From positions 91,080,001 to 91,144,000 of the forward strand of contig NC_087436.1 of the NCBI RefSeq assembly GCF_036321535.1: DNA of 64,000 nt, in the 5' to 3' direction. Below, piece after piece: positions 1 to 13,420 of the stretch. The notes beneath the pieces are model-generated. The model made no database searches. It was given only the letters and a program-made list of their open reading frames with translations, and was not told where the DNA came from. Made by a program: the position numbers and the translations under genes. Position 1 is the stretch's first letter. Each line of letters begins with the position of its first letter. Source of the DNA: Camelus dromedarius. Lineage: Eukaryota.

Positions 1-1229
1 TCTTACAGGGCCAGAATTCATAGCCTGATCCTCTGTTCTTTAGCTCAGATTCCCCTACAACTAAAGTTTGGAATTGTCCTTCCAGTCTGTTTAAGAGGAG
101 TCCCACCGACTAACTCTCGACTCTCTTGATTGCATTCCTATCCTTGTAGCCAGATTTCCCAGTGGGGTTTCTGTCAGTGGTCTTCTTCATCCTCCCATCT
201 CCCCTTTCCCAACCATTGTACGAAATACCGTACAAACCTGTACCTTCTCCTCTGTCTGATCTTTGGAACTGCCTGTTGGTTTGTTCACCCCTGCCGGTCC
301 ACCTGGTTTCTCTGTCCCTACCATCTTTGACGGACATCATTCTGCCTCTCTTCCAGATGCCTTATTTTGAGACCCACTGAACTATAACATGGTCCTTTAT
401 GGCCGACAAACAAAGTGCACATGACTTTAAATCTTAGCATGTAGAACAGTACTTTCACTTAAGTGTCCAGGAAGTCCGTTGAATACATGCTTTTCTAAGT
501 TTAAACAAAGCTTTCATAGCAGTCATTTTGAGAACCCAAAAGAACAGCTTTAAAAAGCTGAAAATACAGAGTAAAAATAATTTACAGTTGCCCTTCATAT
601 CGAAAAAGTACTTGTGAGGTGATTATCTGCTACTCTGTTTCAGAGGGAGAGATTCGCACCAAATCTTTGTTCAGAAAAAAAACAACAACACTCATTTTTT
701 ATTACTTCACCCCAAGATCATTGTGATACTGAAGCACAGACCCATTATCTATAGAGCAAACAGAAACAGCCATCTCTGGCAAGACCAAACACTGCTTGAA
801 AAAGATCCTGACACGCAGAGTTAGGGATTTGTCACAATGCTGAAGTACACCCTTTAGTTATTCCTTTGGGCCAAATGCCCTAAAGCATTTACAGTTTTCT
901 TAAGACCCATGTCAATTGGCACAGATCAGCTGAGGCTAAGATTGGTGAGCCGAACGAAGCCGGGCCAGCCTTCTTCTGGAAGCACCAGCTCCGAAGCCTA
1001 AATGGGCCCCACCATGGAGGAACTCTGGGGAGACAAGAGGGACACACAGAACACTAAAAACAAAAAACAGGCTGCTGACCAGGAGGCATTATAGTTATCA
1101 ACACTTTGACTATCAGAAACTGTCAGATTCTTCTATTCTAAAGTACCCCCAGAAGCTCTGCCTGCAGACAATGTTTCATTGTTTTTCCCATCCAGAGCTC
1201 TAACCGAGCATGAGTTGATTCCCCTATCT

Positions 1230-1650
1230 GCCTGATGTCTTTCTCCTTCTCAAACACTCTCCTCCAGCCTCCCTGGTCTCCTTTGGTTCCTCGGACAATC
1301 TAAACTTGTTTCTGCCTCAGAAGCTTTGAACTGGCCTTTCTGCTCTTACTTGCTTTAGGACTCAGCTCAAATATGACCAAGAGGTATACTTTGACTCCTG
1401 ATCTAAATAACCTCCTGCCCCTTCTAACGGTCATCCTCTTCATCATGCTTTGCTTTTCTTTACTTTTCAATATACAGTTTGGTACATATTACATACACAT
1501 GCATTTGTTTAAAATCTCTCTCTCCCCATGAGGATTGAAGTTCCAGAAGACCAGAGATTTTGATTCCATTTAATGCTACAATCCCAGACCATAGAACAGT
1601 GGCTCGTACAGGGTAATTACCCGTTATGTATTTGTTGAATAGATAAATTT
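1230..1650 (+). mobile_element. LINE-2 3' fragment
   Basis: Ends in the degenerate L2 tail (atagaacagtggctcgtacag...tatttgttgaatagataaat). Confidence 0.6.
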
Positions 1651-4600
1651 TAAACGTGTTGCCTCACTATGTAGTACATTCCAGTTTGTTGTTCCAAACT
1701 TCCATTGAAGTCTGCTAACCACGTAAATACGTGTATATGTATCTTGGAGGACAGATCAAAGAAAAGAGGTGATTTCCCCCTTTCCCAAGGAACAGAACCA
1801 AATGAATAGCCCCAAGGGGATGAGACATGAACTGGTTGAAGACTTTCACTGACACTGAAATTTTTACCTAGAGATGACTATAAATATGTCAACTTCTCAC
1901 CAAACTCACAGAATTTCTTGAAAGGCCAGAATACAGCGTAAGGAATTCAATCTAATTTTATTGAAACTCTAAAAGATAAGGTGACCTTAGTTGACAGCTA
2001 CATTACAATTAATGGTGCTGGCTGCTCTATGTTATTTGCTCTATGTTCTGTGGTTTGGATTGGGGGTTGAGGAAGAGGGACTCAGCTAGCGAACAGGAAG
2101 CCCCACCACCATCCGTTCTGCTGCTTTATTGCTGAGCTTGTACAGTGGTTTGTTTGGTTCTACTTAAAAACACAGGAAATACCAAATATGAAAGATGACT
2201 GCCTGCTAATTTCAGTGACGCAGTACTCCTTCTTAAACGACATTAGTTATTCTGGTGAAAAACTGCTTATCCTGCCTCTCCAGCTGTGATGTGGCCTTCG
2301 TACAGATGCAGAATCGTGCAAAGGGTTGAGCCCTGCTAGGGGCACATGACCACTTTCTGTTGCTTTGCTGACACATGCAATATCTTGGACCTAAGCTCTT
2401 TGGGGATGAAATCTCTTCATCAAGTCACTCCATAAGAGAAGTTAGGCCTACTCCCAAAAGTTTTATTTTAAATTTCTGGCAATCATTTGCAAGCAATTAC
2501 TACCTTGTTGCCTGAGGCATTATAAAACCAAACTGCTTTGGGCTTCATGTGTTTCTCTCTGGAAGAAGGAATTATTTGTACAGTTTTTGTCTAAGCTAAT
2601 GTTCTCTAGTCTCTTCAATACTTTGCACATTAATGAAAATAAGATCTCAAAACGATGACTAAGATGCAATATGCAATGTTATACTTCTCTCTTGGTCCCC
2701 ATCAAGCCTTAAAGCTCTTTAGTCATGATGTTCAAAGAACTATGATAAACAACTTAAAGTATATAAATTAAACATCTTACAAATCCATTTAGGAGTTATC
2801 CTAAATGGTTGAAACTTTAATAATAAGTGGTAAAAAGTGGGAACTTGAGCTGGCACAGGAAATAGCATCTATGAAAAAGAGGAAGAGCACAGGGCTGCAA
2901 GTCTACTGACATATTCAAGAGGAGGTTTATTATAAGCTTTTACTCAATAAGATATTGAGCACAGTTGGAAGACACTTATTCTTTAAGACCTGGGAAGCTC
3001 AATATTTGTCAAAGTAAAAGTGAGTCAAATTTCTAAAACTTGACATTAAATCACCATCAACCAACCATGTGTAGTTCCAAAACGTAGATGTTCATGGAGC
3101 CCCTTTTTCAGTCTAGAATTTAGAGTCTGCTAATGCAAGTGACTTTTTCCTGCTCCCACAGAACTAGAATTCTATCTGGAGTTAAGTGCTTCATGTATCT
3201 TCTTAGTCGAAAGGAGTATAGAGCATCTAAGTGCCACGCATAGAGGTACAGTTGGAAATGGAATGTTCTCAGTGGTCATTTTCATAACTTAGTTAACTAG
3301 TGCAATCTTCAAAAAAGAACTCAGAGTCAGTTCACTGAACACTGTTCATGTAGAAAACATATTTTTTTCTTGATTCATCCTTCGGGTGGCTGGCAAACAT
3401 CTCACCAAGTTACAGATTAGTGCTTTGTTTCTCTAAGCAGGGATGAAGGTTGGTCACATCGTCAGCAGAAACAGCACGCCTGTGTGGGTTGGAGAAGCTG
3501 ACCTGATGCATTCTATATGGTGCATTGGGCAGGGATGGGGAGAGGCCATGAGGACACTTACATTATGGGGTATCAGGGTAGCAGGGGAAGAACAAAGCTG
3601 AGCAGAGATTTAAGATTCCCATTATGCTCCTCTGACCTCAGATGTAGCGAGATCAGTCAGCTACAGCTGCCTCAGCTGCTGCCATCTTTCTTACCTCCTC
3701 TTCCTTTCTCCTTTTCTCCTCCCCAACCTGGCATCTTGCAATAGTCTTCAACAAAATCGTCAGCAATAGAACTTTGAGAACTTTAATGACCTGAATAAAT
3801 GGAAAGAGTGTCTCCAATTAAAATGATCTTCAACTTGTTCAGAATTGGCTCCGATATGGCTCCTTTTAGTAACATAGTGGAAATTTGATAAAGGACGAAC
3901 TATCCCATTTCTGGATTAGTCAGTTTGTAACTTTCCCACACGCTGATACTGGCTTTTTGACAAACCTTTTTTTCCCCATCCTCGTTGATTCTTGGAAGAA
4001 GACTGGACAGAAGAAGTGAAAGGAATAAAAAGAATTAAATTTAGCCAGGGGCTTAGAGGGGTGGGGTGGGGAGAGTGGGACCAGGACTAGAAACAGGCAT
4101 TGAGATCTTTAGATCATTTACATGGAAACTCTGAAACTGCCACATGGGACACGAATGTAAGGGATCTTTTTTGATCACATTCGCCTTTCCTTGTTATCTT
4201 TTTGTGTGTATTCTACTATTATTTAATGAAAGAATCTCAAGACAATCATCTGGTCTCCTTACCCCATAAGCGTCTCCTGAGGGACAAGCTACTCTTCACC
4301 ATGTGGGTCCAGGTATTGGTGGTCATCACTGCTACATAACCCAGCTTCATTTTATGAGTCATTTTAGATGAAAGAAATTGTCAGGGTGATTTCAGGAGGA
4401 GGGAAAAAAATACACACAACACAAAACAAAACAAAACAGAGATCCACATTGAAGTCCCTTGAGTACTAATTGTGGAGTTTTTATGTCAGAGTAAATTGCT
4501 CCTGTGAAGCAAAGATGACATCTGAAAGAAACAGGGAGCTGTTCAGTGGTCCCTTCTGAGGGCCCTCCCTGTTCTGCTTCTAGCTGCCCTGAGAAGAAAG

Positions 4601-5554
4601 ACCCGTTTACCAGAAATCGATGTCTCTTAGCTGTTAAGACAGCTTCCAACTTGGGGACCCACCTGGGTACTGATTTATCACTTTGACATTTTCACAAGTT
4701 TATATTTTTACTTTTTGTCTCACAATCCAGTTTGATTTTAGCAGGCAATTCCCATGTCTCTTCTAGGGTATGTTTAATCATAGACTTTTAAGACAGAGCT
4801 GTTCTCCTTTTTATTGCTGGGTGGTCTGTACTTCCCAGCTGTGTGCTTTATCCCAGAGTTTGTAGAGAAGTGTGGGCATTTACCTGTCCTGCTAAATAAA
4901 GCCTTACAACACTCAAAGGGATTAAATAGCACAGTGAGCCCTGATTCCACCTCCATCCCCCACACTGGGGACTCAATTGATTCTCTACTTATCTGAGGAG
5001 TAATTTTTTTCTCATTATGGCCCTTACTTCAGAGTGTTTCCTTTTATTCCCAAAGGCAAAAGTTACGAAATTCTAAGGGAGAAAATGATCATTGTATATT
5101 TATTTGCAAATTCTTGTAAGATTTTACTATCTTATCAAGCAATGAATATTCTACAGTAACTGCCATAAAAATGAGAAAACTTGTGAGTACATTCACACTA
5201 TGTTTTGTCAAAAGAGAGATTATGAGTTCCCTTTCACTGTCTGAATTGCAGGATTATAAAAAGACAAAGTAAGAACATCAGTGGGTTCTTGATGGCATAC
5301 CCTGTTTAGTGCAGCTACCTCTGGGGAAAAGGGATGGGCTCTGGGAATCTCTAGTTATTTTAGTCTCCTTCGGGTTCAGGATCCAGACAGGATATGGGCC
5401 AGGATTTTTGCTAACAGTTACAATGTGGGAGAGCTTTGCTAGGTGGTAGAGATCAATGCAGGAGAAAGGAGATATGGGGTGATAGTGGAAGGAATTGCAG
5501 TGGAAGGAACACTGGTTTTGTGTTCACACTTTCCCATTTTTTTTCCCCAAGGAG

Positions 5555-5708
5555 ACCTCAGTCAAGTAACATCTTGGACTATAATTTCCTTATTTATAAA
5601 ATTGGCACAATGAAAATTACAAAAAGAATTCTTCGGAAGATTGCAAATTATTCATGTAAAGCACTGGCATATAACTGGTACTTAGTAAATTGTTATCATT
5701 ATTATGAT
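5555..5708 (+). mobile_element. MIR SINE fragment
   Basis: Core-like tttccttatttataaaattgg...catgtaaagcactggcata. Confidence 0.5.
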
Positions 5709-6185
5709 ATGATCCTTGAACTCTAGGAAACTACTATTCACCTAGAGAAAGAGGTGATAAATACAAGAAAAAAACATGACCTATTCATTCAAGGTATTAT
5801 ATACTAAATTCCCATGACTGGTCGAAAGGCTTGCTTCTCAAGCAGGAAGTCACTAGGCTGTATTAGTTGGGAAACTTTCAAAGAACAGTCAGAGCCTAGG
5901 TATGGTTTGACTTTATAGCATCACCAAATGGAAACTGAGACTGGGAAAAGGGTAATGGGAGGTAAATATTTGAAGTCAGGGGAAGAAATCCAGCATAGCA
6001 ATGGGTTTGGGTGAAAAAAAATCACCAAAATCAGCAAAAAATACGTTTGAAAGCTTTCAAACTTCAGTTTGAAGTCAGAGAGCATAGTCTTGCAGGATTA
6101 CCTGTACCTAGCAGGTATTCATTAAGTCAGTGTTTTACTAAACACCTACTATGTGCCTAGCTTTACACTAGATTACAGTGGTGAA

Positions 6186-6862
6186 TTTTATATATATATA
6201 TAAAATTTTATATATATAATTTTATATATATAAATTTATATAAAATATATAATTATATATATATAAATTTATATAAAATATATAATTTTATATATATAAA
6301 TATACATATATATACACACACACATATATTTTCAGATTCTTTTCCATTACAGCTTATTAAAAGAAATTGAATATGGTTCCTTGTGCTATACAATGGGTCC
6401 TTGTTGTTTATCTATTTTTTGTATAATAATATATGTCTGTTAACCCCAAACTCATAATTTATCCTTCCTCCCACTTCCCCTTTGGTAACCATAGCTTGTT
6501 TTCTATGTCTGTGAGTCTATTTCTGGTTTGTAAATAATTTGTATCTTTTTTTTTAGATTCCACATACAAGTGATGTCATATAATATTTGTCTTTCTCTTG
6601 TTGGCTTACTTAAAATGATGATCTCCAGGTCCATCCATGTTGCTGCAGATGAAATAATGCCATTTCATTCTTTTCTATAGTTGAGTAATATTCCACTGTG
6701 TGTGTGTGTGTGTGTGTGTATCACTTCTTTATCTATTCATCTGTCTATGATCATCTAGGTTGCTTCCGTGTCTTGGCTATTGTAAATATTGCTGCTATGA
6801 ACACTGGGGGGTGCCTGTATCATTTCAAATTATAGTTTTCCAGATATATGCCCAGGAGAGGA
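6186..6862 (-). mobile_element. L1 3' end with AT microsatellite expansion (~6188-6328) and (TG)n
   Basis: Reverse complement of the L1 3' UTR at ~10560-11220 (tttcagattcttttccatta...gattccacatacaagtga). Confidence 0.88.
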
Positions 6863-7024
6863 GGCTAACTTTTAACTGAGATTTGCAAGATAAGAAGGAT
6901 CCCACATGCAAAGCATAAGAAAGAAGAATTTCTTAATAGGAGGAAACAGGGGAAAAAAGCAAAAGAGAAAAAGATAAAAACCAAAAATGACCATATAAAC
7001 AAAAACACAAGGTCTGAAAGCACT

Positions 7025-7172
7025 GGCTGGCTAACCATTGGTCCACAGATGAGCAGCATTAACATCACCTGGGACCTTGCTGGAAAGGCAAAATCTTGGG
7101 TAGCACTGAATCTGAATCTGCATTTTTAAAAGATGCCCAGAGGATTCATACACATATTAAATTTGAGAAACA
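7025..7172. mobile_element. MER5A-like hAT-Charlie element
   Basis: agcagcattaacatcacctgggac...aatctgcattttt...tttgagaaac. Confidence 0.65.
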
Positions 7173-7189
7173 GACAAAACTAACTTTTG

Positions 7190-7950
7190 GAGAAGCCAAA
7201 TGGAGGTCTTTGGCTGGGTTGAGAATGGCTATTTCAATGAAGTGGGGTATAAGCCACATGGGACTGGGCTGAAGAATGGCTGGGATTAAGAAGTGAACAC
7301 AGCATGTAAATAACTCGTTATGGAAGTGTGATTTGGAATGAGATGAGAACAGAAGATAGAGGCAGGAGCTGAAAGGGAATACAGGGTCAAGAGAAACGTT
7401 GCTTATGATGAAAGATGGGTATTTGTGTGCATGAAGGTTACCTCTAGATGAGAGGAGAGTGATGATGAGAATATAGAGAGATTGTCTAAAGATCAAGGTC
7501 CTGGAGCGTGCAGGACAAAGCAAAGAAGCCGCATGGGCAAAAAATTAGCCTGTGATGAGAGAAGTGACACTTCCTGGACTGGAGCAAAAGGGAAGGTGGA
7601 AAGGATGTGTGCCCTGTGGATTTATTGATGGGAATATCAGCAGCTTCTGGCACACTAATTGTCTTTTGTCAATGAAGCATAAGACACGAGCATCACTGGA
7701 AACAGGGGGGACACAAGGGTAGGGCTTTGAAAAGTGCAAAGTTAATGAACTAATCATCTCTGCAGAAGAACAAACTGAAAAAGAAACCAACGGTAGGAAC
7801 ACAGGTAGTGGTAACCAGATAGTGTTCAGTGCCTGTTTAAGTTCAGCAAACCAAATACACAGTGAAATCTGCCCCATTACATCTTTTTTTTGTCCTAGCT
7901 GCGTTCAGTTTATGGACACAGGTGGAGAAAAAGCAGACGGTTAGGTTCAT
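7190..7950 (-). mobile_element. LINE-2 fragment
   Basis: Purine-rich degenerate L2 antisense text (atttcaatgaagtggggtataagcc...gggctgaagaatg). Confidence 0.5.
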
Positions 7951-8074
7951 GTGAGGTTGGGGTTAATAATCAGAAGTCATCCCTTAACACTGCAGCATAT
8001 CTAAATCAAGTCCTTGGCAACTGTTTCTGTCTACAGAAGTTAGAGGTTAAATGCAGATATTCAGCTCAAATTAT

Positions 8075-8290
8075 AATAACATGGTGCCGATTATTCAATC
8101 CCAGTGTGCTCAGTTTTGCATACATTTCCTGGGAACTTCATAGTAATGCTATGGCTTAGCTATTATCAGCCCCACTTTACTGATGAAACTGAATATAAAA
8201 GAGGGTTCAGTAAACTTTAAGTGAATTAGAATGCCAAGAGTCAAATTAAGATCTACTTACTATGATTTACATAACTCCCACCACCAGTCA
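8075..8290 (-). mobile_element. MIR SINE
   Basis: tattatcagccccacttttactgatgaaactga core. Confidence 0.55.
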
Positions 8291-8767
8291 TGTCATTATA
8301 ATAATGAAAGGGATTTTTTAAAAAAAAGGAAAAATGAGAAGATCGAGGATTTTTTTTTTTTGCTTCTTTTTTTCCTTTTTCTTTTTACTTTCTTTTTTTT
8401 TTTTTGTTTGATTCAAAGCAAAACATATTGGTTTCATTGGATTTTTTTTTTCCCCTCAGTGGTGTTATGAAATTGAGTGAAACATGACATGTGCTCTCTT
8501 TTCAGCTGAATACAATGGGCAAATAAATATTCACCTTGGAGATCTGGCCTCCTAGACTTCTTAAACACCATGTGAGAGGAAGGTTCAGCTAAGCATCAGT
8601 TGAGGATAGTCCCTATAAGCTTTTGAGAAGTCTACAAAGGATTTATCTTCACTCGATACGTCTTTCCTTGCAGAATATGAAGGATATGACATTTATTTTG
8701 ACTGGTTTAAATTACAGGAATGTTAAATAATAAAATTCCAAAATAAGTAGGAGGCAGAGAAATCAGA

Positions 8768-9416
8768 CAACAAACTCAAATGCTGACAGAGGCTTGGAAG
8801 GAAACATAAGGGAGGGAAGAGGGTTGGGCAGAAGAGAGTAGAGGAAAGCGTGGGGCCTGGTACAAAGTGTGGAGCCACTCATTGGTTTAATCCAGTCGAT
8901 GGCACACGAGAATTCCAGCTTAGTGTTGCTAAATCCTGTTACCCAGTAGAAGACCGCCTATAATTTTGTGACATGTAAACATTTTAAAACATTTATGGCA
9001 AAACCAAACATATCAGCCAGCATGTTAAGGATGTTAAAAGATAAACTGTTAAAAATGTTAAAAGATAAACTGAGGCATATCAAACCTTCTGAGTTCATTT
9101 GAGCAAAAAATCAATTCAAATTAGGTAGTGCCAAACCCAAGTGGTTAGGAGGGATCCTCCCATAGTAGCCAGGACAAAAATTTACATGCAGGAAGTGGGG
9201 AAGCCAAGAAAGGAAATGATTTTATTGGTTATTACTTAAAGCCTAAGTTGACTGTGACTGGTTGTCCTTAGCATTGTGACTTAGTAACCTTGAGGCATTT
9301 ACAGGTTAACTGCCTGTAAATTTTGGTTAACTTACATAGGATGCCAGGGCATGAGAGTCACCTCAGTCTAATGGCCTCTTTATTTAGTTAATTTAGGCCT
9401 CCAGTTTGCCTCTTCA
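8768..9416. mobile_element. hAT-Charlie MITE (MER102-like), split by an LTR
   Basis: Begins aaactcaaatgctgacagaggc; ggcaaaaccaaacatatc before the LTR and ggcctccagtttgc after it form the typical terminus. Confidence 0.45.
9023..9395. mobile_element. Solo ERV1-type LTR
   Basis: Starts TGTTAAAAGATAAACTGAGGCATAT...gagttcatttgagcaaaaa; interrupts the MITE. Confidence 0.55.
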
Positions 9417-9567
9417 GATAGAGATACTTTTAATCTGTGACAAAGATCGTAGACTGCCAATTACAAATGTTAATTATCAATTTTAACAAGCCAGGCACCC
9501 CTTAAAAACCTCTTTTAAATAGCTCATTTGAGAAATATGACCTACCAGGTATAAATATGCTTGGACA

Positions 9568-11228
9568 CATCAAATTACCAGTGGCATTTTTCACAGAACT
9601 GGAACAATTTTTTTTTAATTTTTATGGAAACACAAAAGACCCCAGATAGTCAAAACAATCTTGAGAAAGAAGAACGGAGCTGGAGGGAACATGCTCCCTG
9701 ACTTCTGATTATACTTCAAAGCTACACTCATCAAAACTGTGGTGCTGGCACAAAAACAGACACAGAGATCAATGGAACAGGATAGAAACCCAGAAATAAA
9801 CCTAGACACTTTGGTCCATATGACAAAGGAGGTAAGAATATACAATGAAGAAAAGACAGTCTCTTCAGTAAGTGGTTCTGGGAAAACTGGACAGCCACCT
9901 GTAATAGACTGAAATTAGAACATTCTCAATAAATTCAAAGTGGATTAAAGACCCAAATATAAGGCTAGATACTGTAAAACCCCTAGAGGAAAACATTGGC
10001 AAAATGCTCTTTAACATAAATCATAGCAATATTTTTTTGGATTTGTCTCCTAGAGTAAAGGAAATAAAAGCAAAAATAAACAAATGGGACCTAATTAAAC
10101 TTAAAAGCTTTTGCATAGCAAAGGAAACCATAAACAAAACAAAAAGACAGCCTTCGGAATGGGGGAATATATTTGCAAATGATGCAACTGACAAGGGATT
10201 AATTTCCAAAATATACAAACTCCTATAGCTTAATATCAAAAAAGCAAACAACCCAATCAATAAATGGGCAGAAGACCTAGACATTTCTCCAAAGAAAACA
10301 TACAGATGGCCAACAGGCATATGAAAAGATGCTCCATGTTGCTATTATTAAGAGAAATGCAAATCAAAACCACAATGAGGTATCACCTCACACCAGTCAA
10401 AATGGCCATCATTAAAAAGTCTAAAAATAAATGCTGGAAAGGGTGTGGAGAGAAAGGAACCCTCCTATACTGTTAGTGGGAATGTAAATTGGTGCAGCCA
10501 CTATGGAGAACAGTATGCAGGTTCCTCAAAAACTAAAAATGGAGTTACAATATAATCCAGCAATCCCACTCTTGGGCATATATCTGGAGAAAACTCTAAA
10601 TTCAAAAAGATTCATGCATTCCAGTGTTCATAGCAGTACTATATACAATAGCCAAGACATGGAAGCAACCTAAATGTCCATCAACAGATAAATGGATAAA
10701 AAAGAAGACATGGTATGTATATGTATATGTATATGTGTATATATATAAAATATATATACAAATATTAGTCAGCCATAAAAATGAATGAAATAATGCCATT
10801 TGCAGCAACATGGATGGACCTAGAGATTATCACATTAAATGAAGTAAGTCAGATAGGGAAAGACAAATATCATATGATATTACTTATATGTGGAGTCTAA
10901 AAAGAATGATACAAATGAACTTATCTACAAACCAGAAATATACTCACAGACATAGGAAAAAACTATGGTCACCAAAGGGGAAAGGGTAGGAGGGATAAAT
11001 TAGCAGTTTAGGATTAACATATACACACCACTACATATAAAATAGATAAACAACAATGAACTCCTGTATAGTACAGGGAACTATATTCAGTATCTTGTAA
11101 TAATCTATAAAGGAACAGAATCTGAAAAAGAATATAAATATATATGTGTAAATGAATCACTTTGCTGTACACCAGAAACTAGCACAACATTGTAAGTCAA
11201 ATATACTTCAATTAAAAAATAAAATAAA
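9568..11228 (+). mobile_element. 5'-truncated L1 (ORF2 C-terminus + 3' UTR), disrupted
   Basis: Fragments [16 protein letters not shown] and [19 protein letters not shown]...[15 protein letters not shown]...[14 protein letters not shown] are L1 ORF2; stops and frameshifts; A-rich tail. Confidence 0.95.
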
Positions 11229-12524
11229 GTAATATATTTTTTTAATTTAGGGAAGTTACCTGAGAGAAGGAACTGTCTTCAAACCTGATGTAAGAGAATG
11301 TGAGAAAAGTATGCTTTCCTTGTCCAAGTCATGAGCTTCTCTCTAATGAGTGGGTTACTAGTGCACAGGCAAAATATGAGCTTCGTTATGTAAAAGAGTA
11401 GGGAATATCTTTATTCAGCAGTGGTTCTCATTTCTGAACCAAAGAGTTCACAAACTTCATCAGTTTATCATAATGAACTTCCCAGGGGTAGTCAACAAGA
11501 GCATTATAAGCACAGCAGGTAAGTTTTCCAGTAATAATGATACTATGCTTCTTTCTGCATAAAAGCATAATTTTAGTAGCTTTAGGTTTCAGAAAAGCTA
11601 AGACCATAAATACACAAAAGTCACAGTGGCAGAAAGCACAGCCTACTAGCTAAGATTCACATGCGATATCAGGAGCACTGAAAATACGAATTAGATTCTA
11701 ACCTCAGTGACTTTCTTGCTGTTCCCTAAATAGGCCTCTAATTTTTGTGACTCCATGTTTGGTGTTGGATTTCTTTCCTCTTAACCTGGCTCAGGATGCC
11801 TGTCAAAATTCTATCTGCCTGCCAAACCCAGGCTCAAAACAGCTTCCTCTTCACTGGTCTAGTGAACGCAGGTCTCAGCTGTATGTGGATCCACGGCAAA
11901 TTCAGGTACGCAGAGGTAGGTTGGTGGATCGTAGACATTCTTCTTTGTAGAATGGAAGGTGCCTCGTGGCCGAGAGGAACTAACCAAACACATTGTATTT
12001 GCTGGCTAGTCTATAGAGCTGAGAATGCCAGGCAATTCAGAACGATGACAGTCCTTTAATCTCTCATGTTGTGTCCCTGACGGTGACAGGCTGACAGAGA
12101 TCGGCAACTCTAAATAGAATGGGGTGCGGGGGAGGCAGAGTCAGTGCGGAGGTGTGTGTGGCCCGGAGACTATTTATCAATCTGTGTCTTGACCAGGCCC
12201 ATCTGGAAACTAATGCCAAATTCCTGAAAGGCGAGTGTAATAAACAAGAAAGATGAATTAAGGGGAAGAGCTTCTGCTGATAGGATATTTGAGCTGTATA
12301 CTAAAAAAGAGAATGTGATTTTGTGAGAGTCCTGTGATCTTAAGAGGGAATTTTTCATTTCTGTGAATGTGATTTTTGTCATAGCTGCATCACGTTATTT
12401 ACTTTAGTTAAATGTGCAGTTAAATAAGAATTTTAATAACTAAATAAGAACGTTAATCTCCAGAAATGGTGACCATGTACCTTTATGCAAAACAGACGTG
12501 GCGGATGTGATTATCTACACAATG

Positions 12525-13178
12525 ACTAGTCTCCCTCCTCCATGCCTGCCCCTTCACATTCTGTTTACCAAGCGGCAGCTTGAGTATTCTTTTACAGTGT
12601 ACATCTGATCTTGTCACTGCCCTTCTTGAACCTCCCCAAGGGCATTCCTTCACTAGTGGAATACATCCAAAATCCAGACTTTGACTTGCAAGGCTCTATG
12701 TGATCTGGCCCCGAATCTGCCTCTGCAGCCTTTCTCCTGTTATTCTGCTCCTTTTTAACTTTGCTTCAATCACCTGAGCTTCTTAATGTTCTATGAACGT
12801 GACACACATGCACCTTCTTTAGGACCTTTGTAATTGCTGTTCCGTCTGCATGGGACACTTCTCCGTCTGATGTTTATAGGGCTTGCTGAGTCACTTCCTG
12901 TGGGGTTCTTCCCAACCAACAGCACCGCCCCACCTAAAACAGCCTGCCACCATTTGTTCTATCCTTGCCCTACCCATTCCTCACTTTACTTCATAGCGCT
13001 ATTGCAGTCAGCCATCACGTTATATGTTAATTTGCTTGTTTGATTGCCTTCTGTCTTCTCCGCTGGGAAGAGCAGAACCTCTGTCTGTTTTATTCACTGC
13101 TGTGCCTTTTGCACCTCAAACAGCACCTGCCCCATAATAATATGGTAGGCACTCAGTTAATATTTGTGGTAAATAATT
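12525..13178 (+). mobile_element. LINE-2 3' fragment
   Basis: tctgatcttgtcactgcc...aggacctttgtaattgctgttcc...ggtaggcactcagttaatatttgt. Confidence 0.7.
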
Positions 13179-13194
13179 TGTGAACAGACTAATC

Positions 13195-13250
13195 TTTTAA
13201 TTAAATTTAAATAGCCACATGTGACTAGTGACTACCGTATTACACAGTGC
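13195..13250. mobile_element. MER3-like terminal fragment
   Basis: aatttaaatagccacatgtgactagtgactaccgtattacacagtgc. Confidence 0.55.
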
Positions 13251-13284
13251 TTTATTAGGTAGTCTATCTACTTTTTATGTTATC

Positions 13285-13420
13285 TATTGTCTGATTTCCT
13301 ATTATACAGGAATATAAGGTCCCTGAATGCAGAGGCTTTGTTTCTTCACTAACGTATCTCAACTGCCTAGAACACTGCCTGGCACTCAGAAGGCACTCTG
13401 TGAATATTTGAAGAGTGAAC
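13285..13420 (+). mobile_element. LINE-2 3' end
   Basis: tgcctagaacactgcctggcactcagaaggcactctgtgaatatttg. Confidence 0.7.

Noticed and set aside
110..380. Three overlapping short ORFs at the window start
   Set aside because: Low-complexity purine/pyrimidine bias, no recognisable product or clear exon boundaries.
6188..6328. AT-rich quasi-palindromic array or CRISPR-like repeat
   Set aside because: Simple (TA)n-derived expansion inside an L1 3' UTR; the sequence is eukaryotic with no spacer structure.
9615..10811. Several 70-99 aa ORFs
   Set aside because: Fragments or antisense frames of a dead L1 ORF2.
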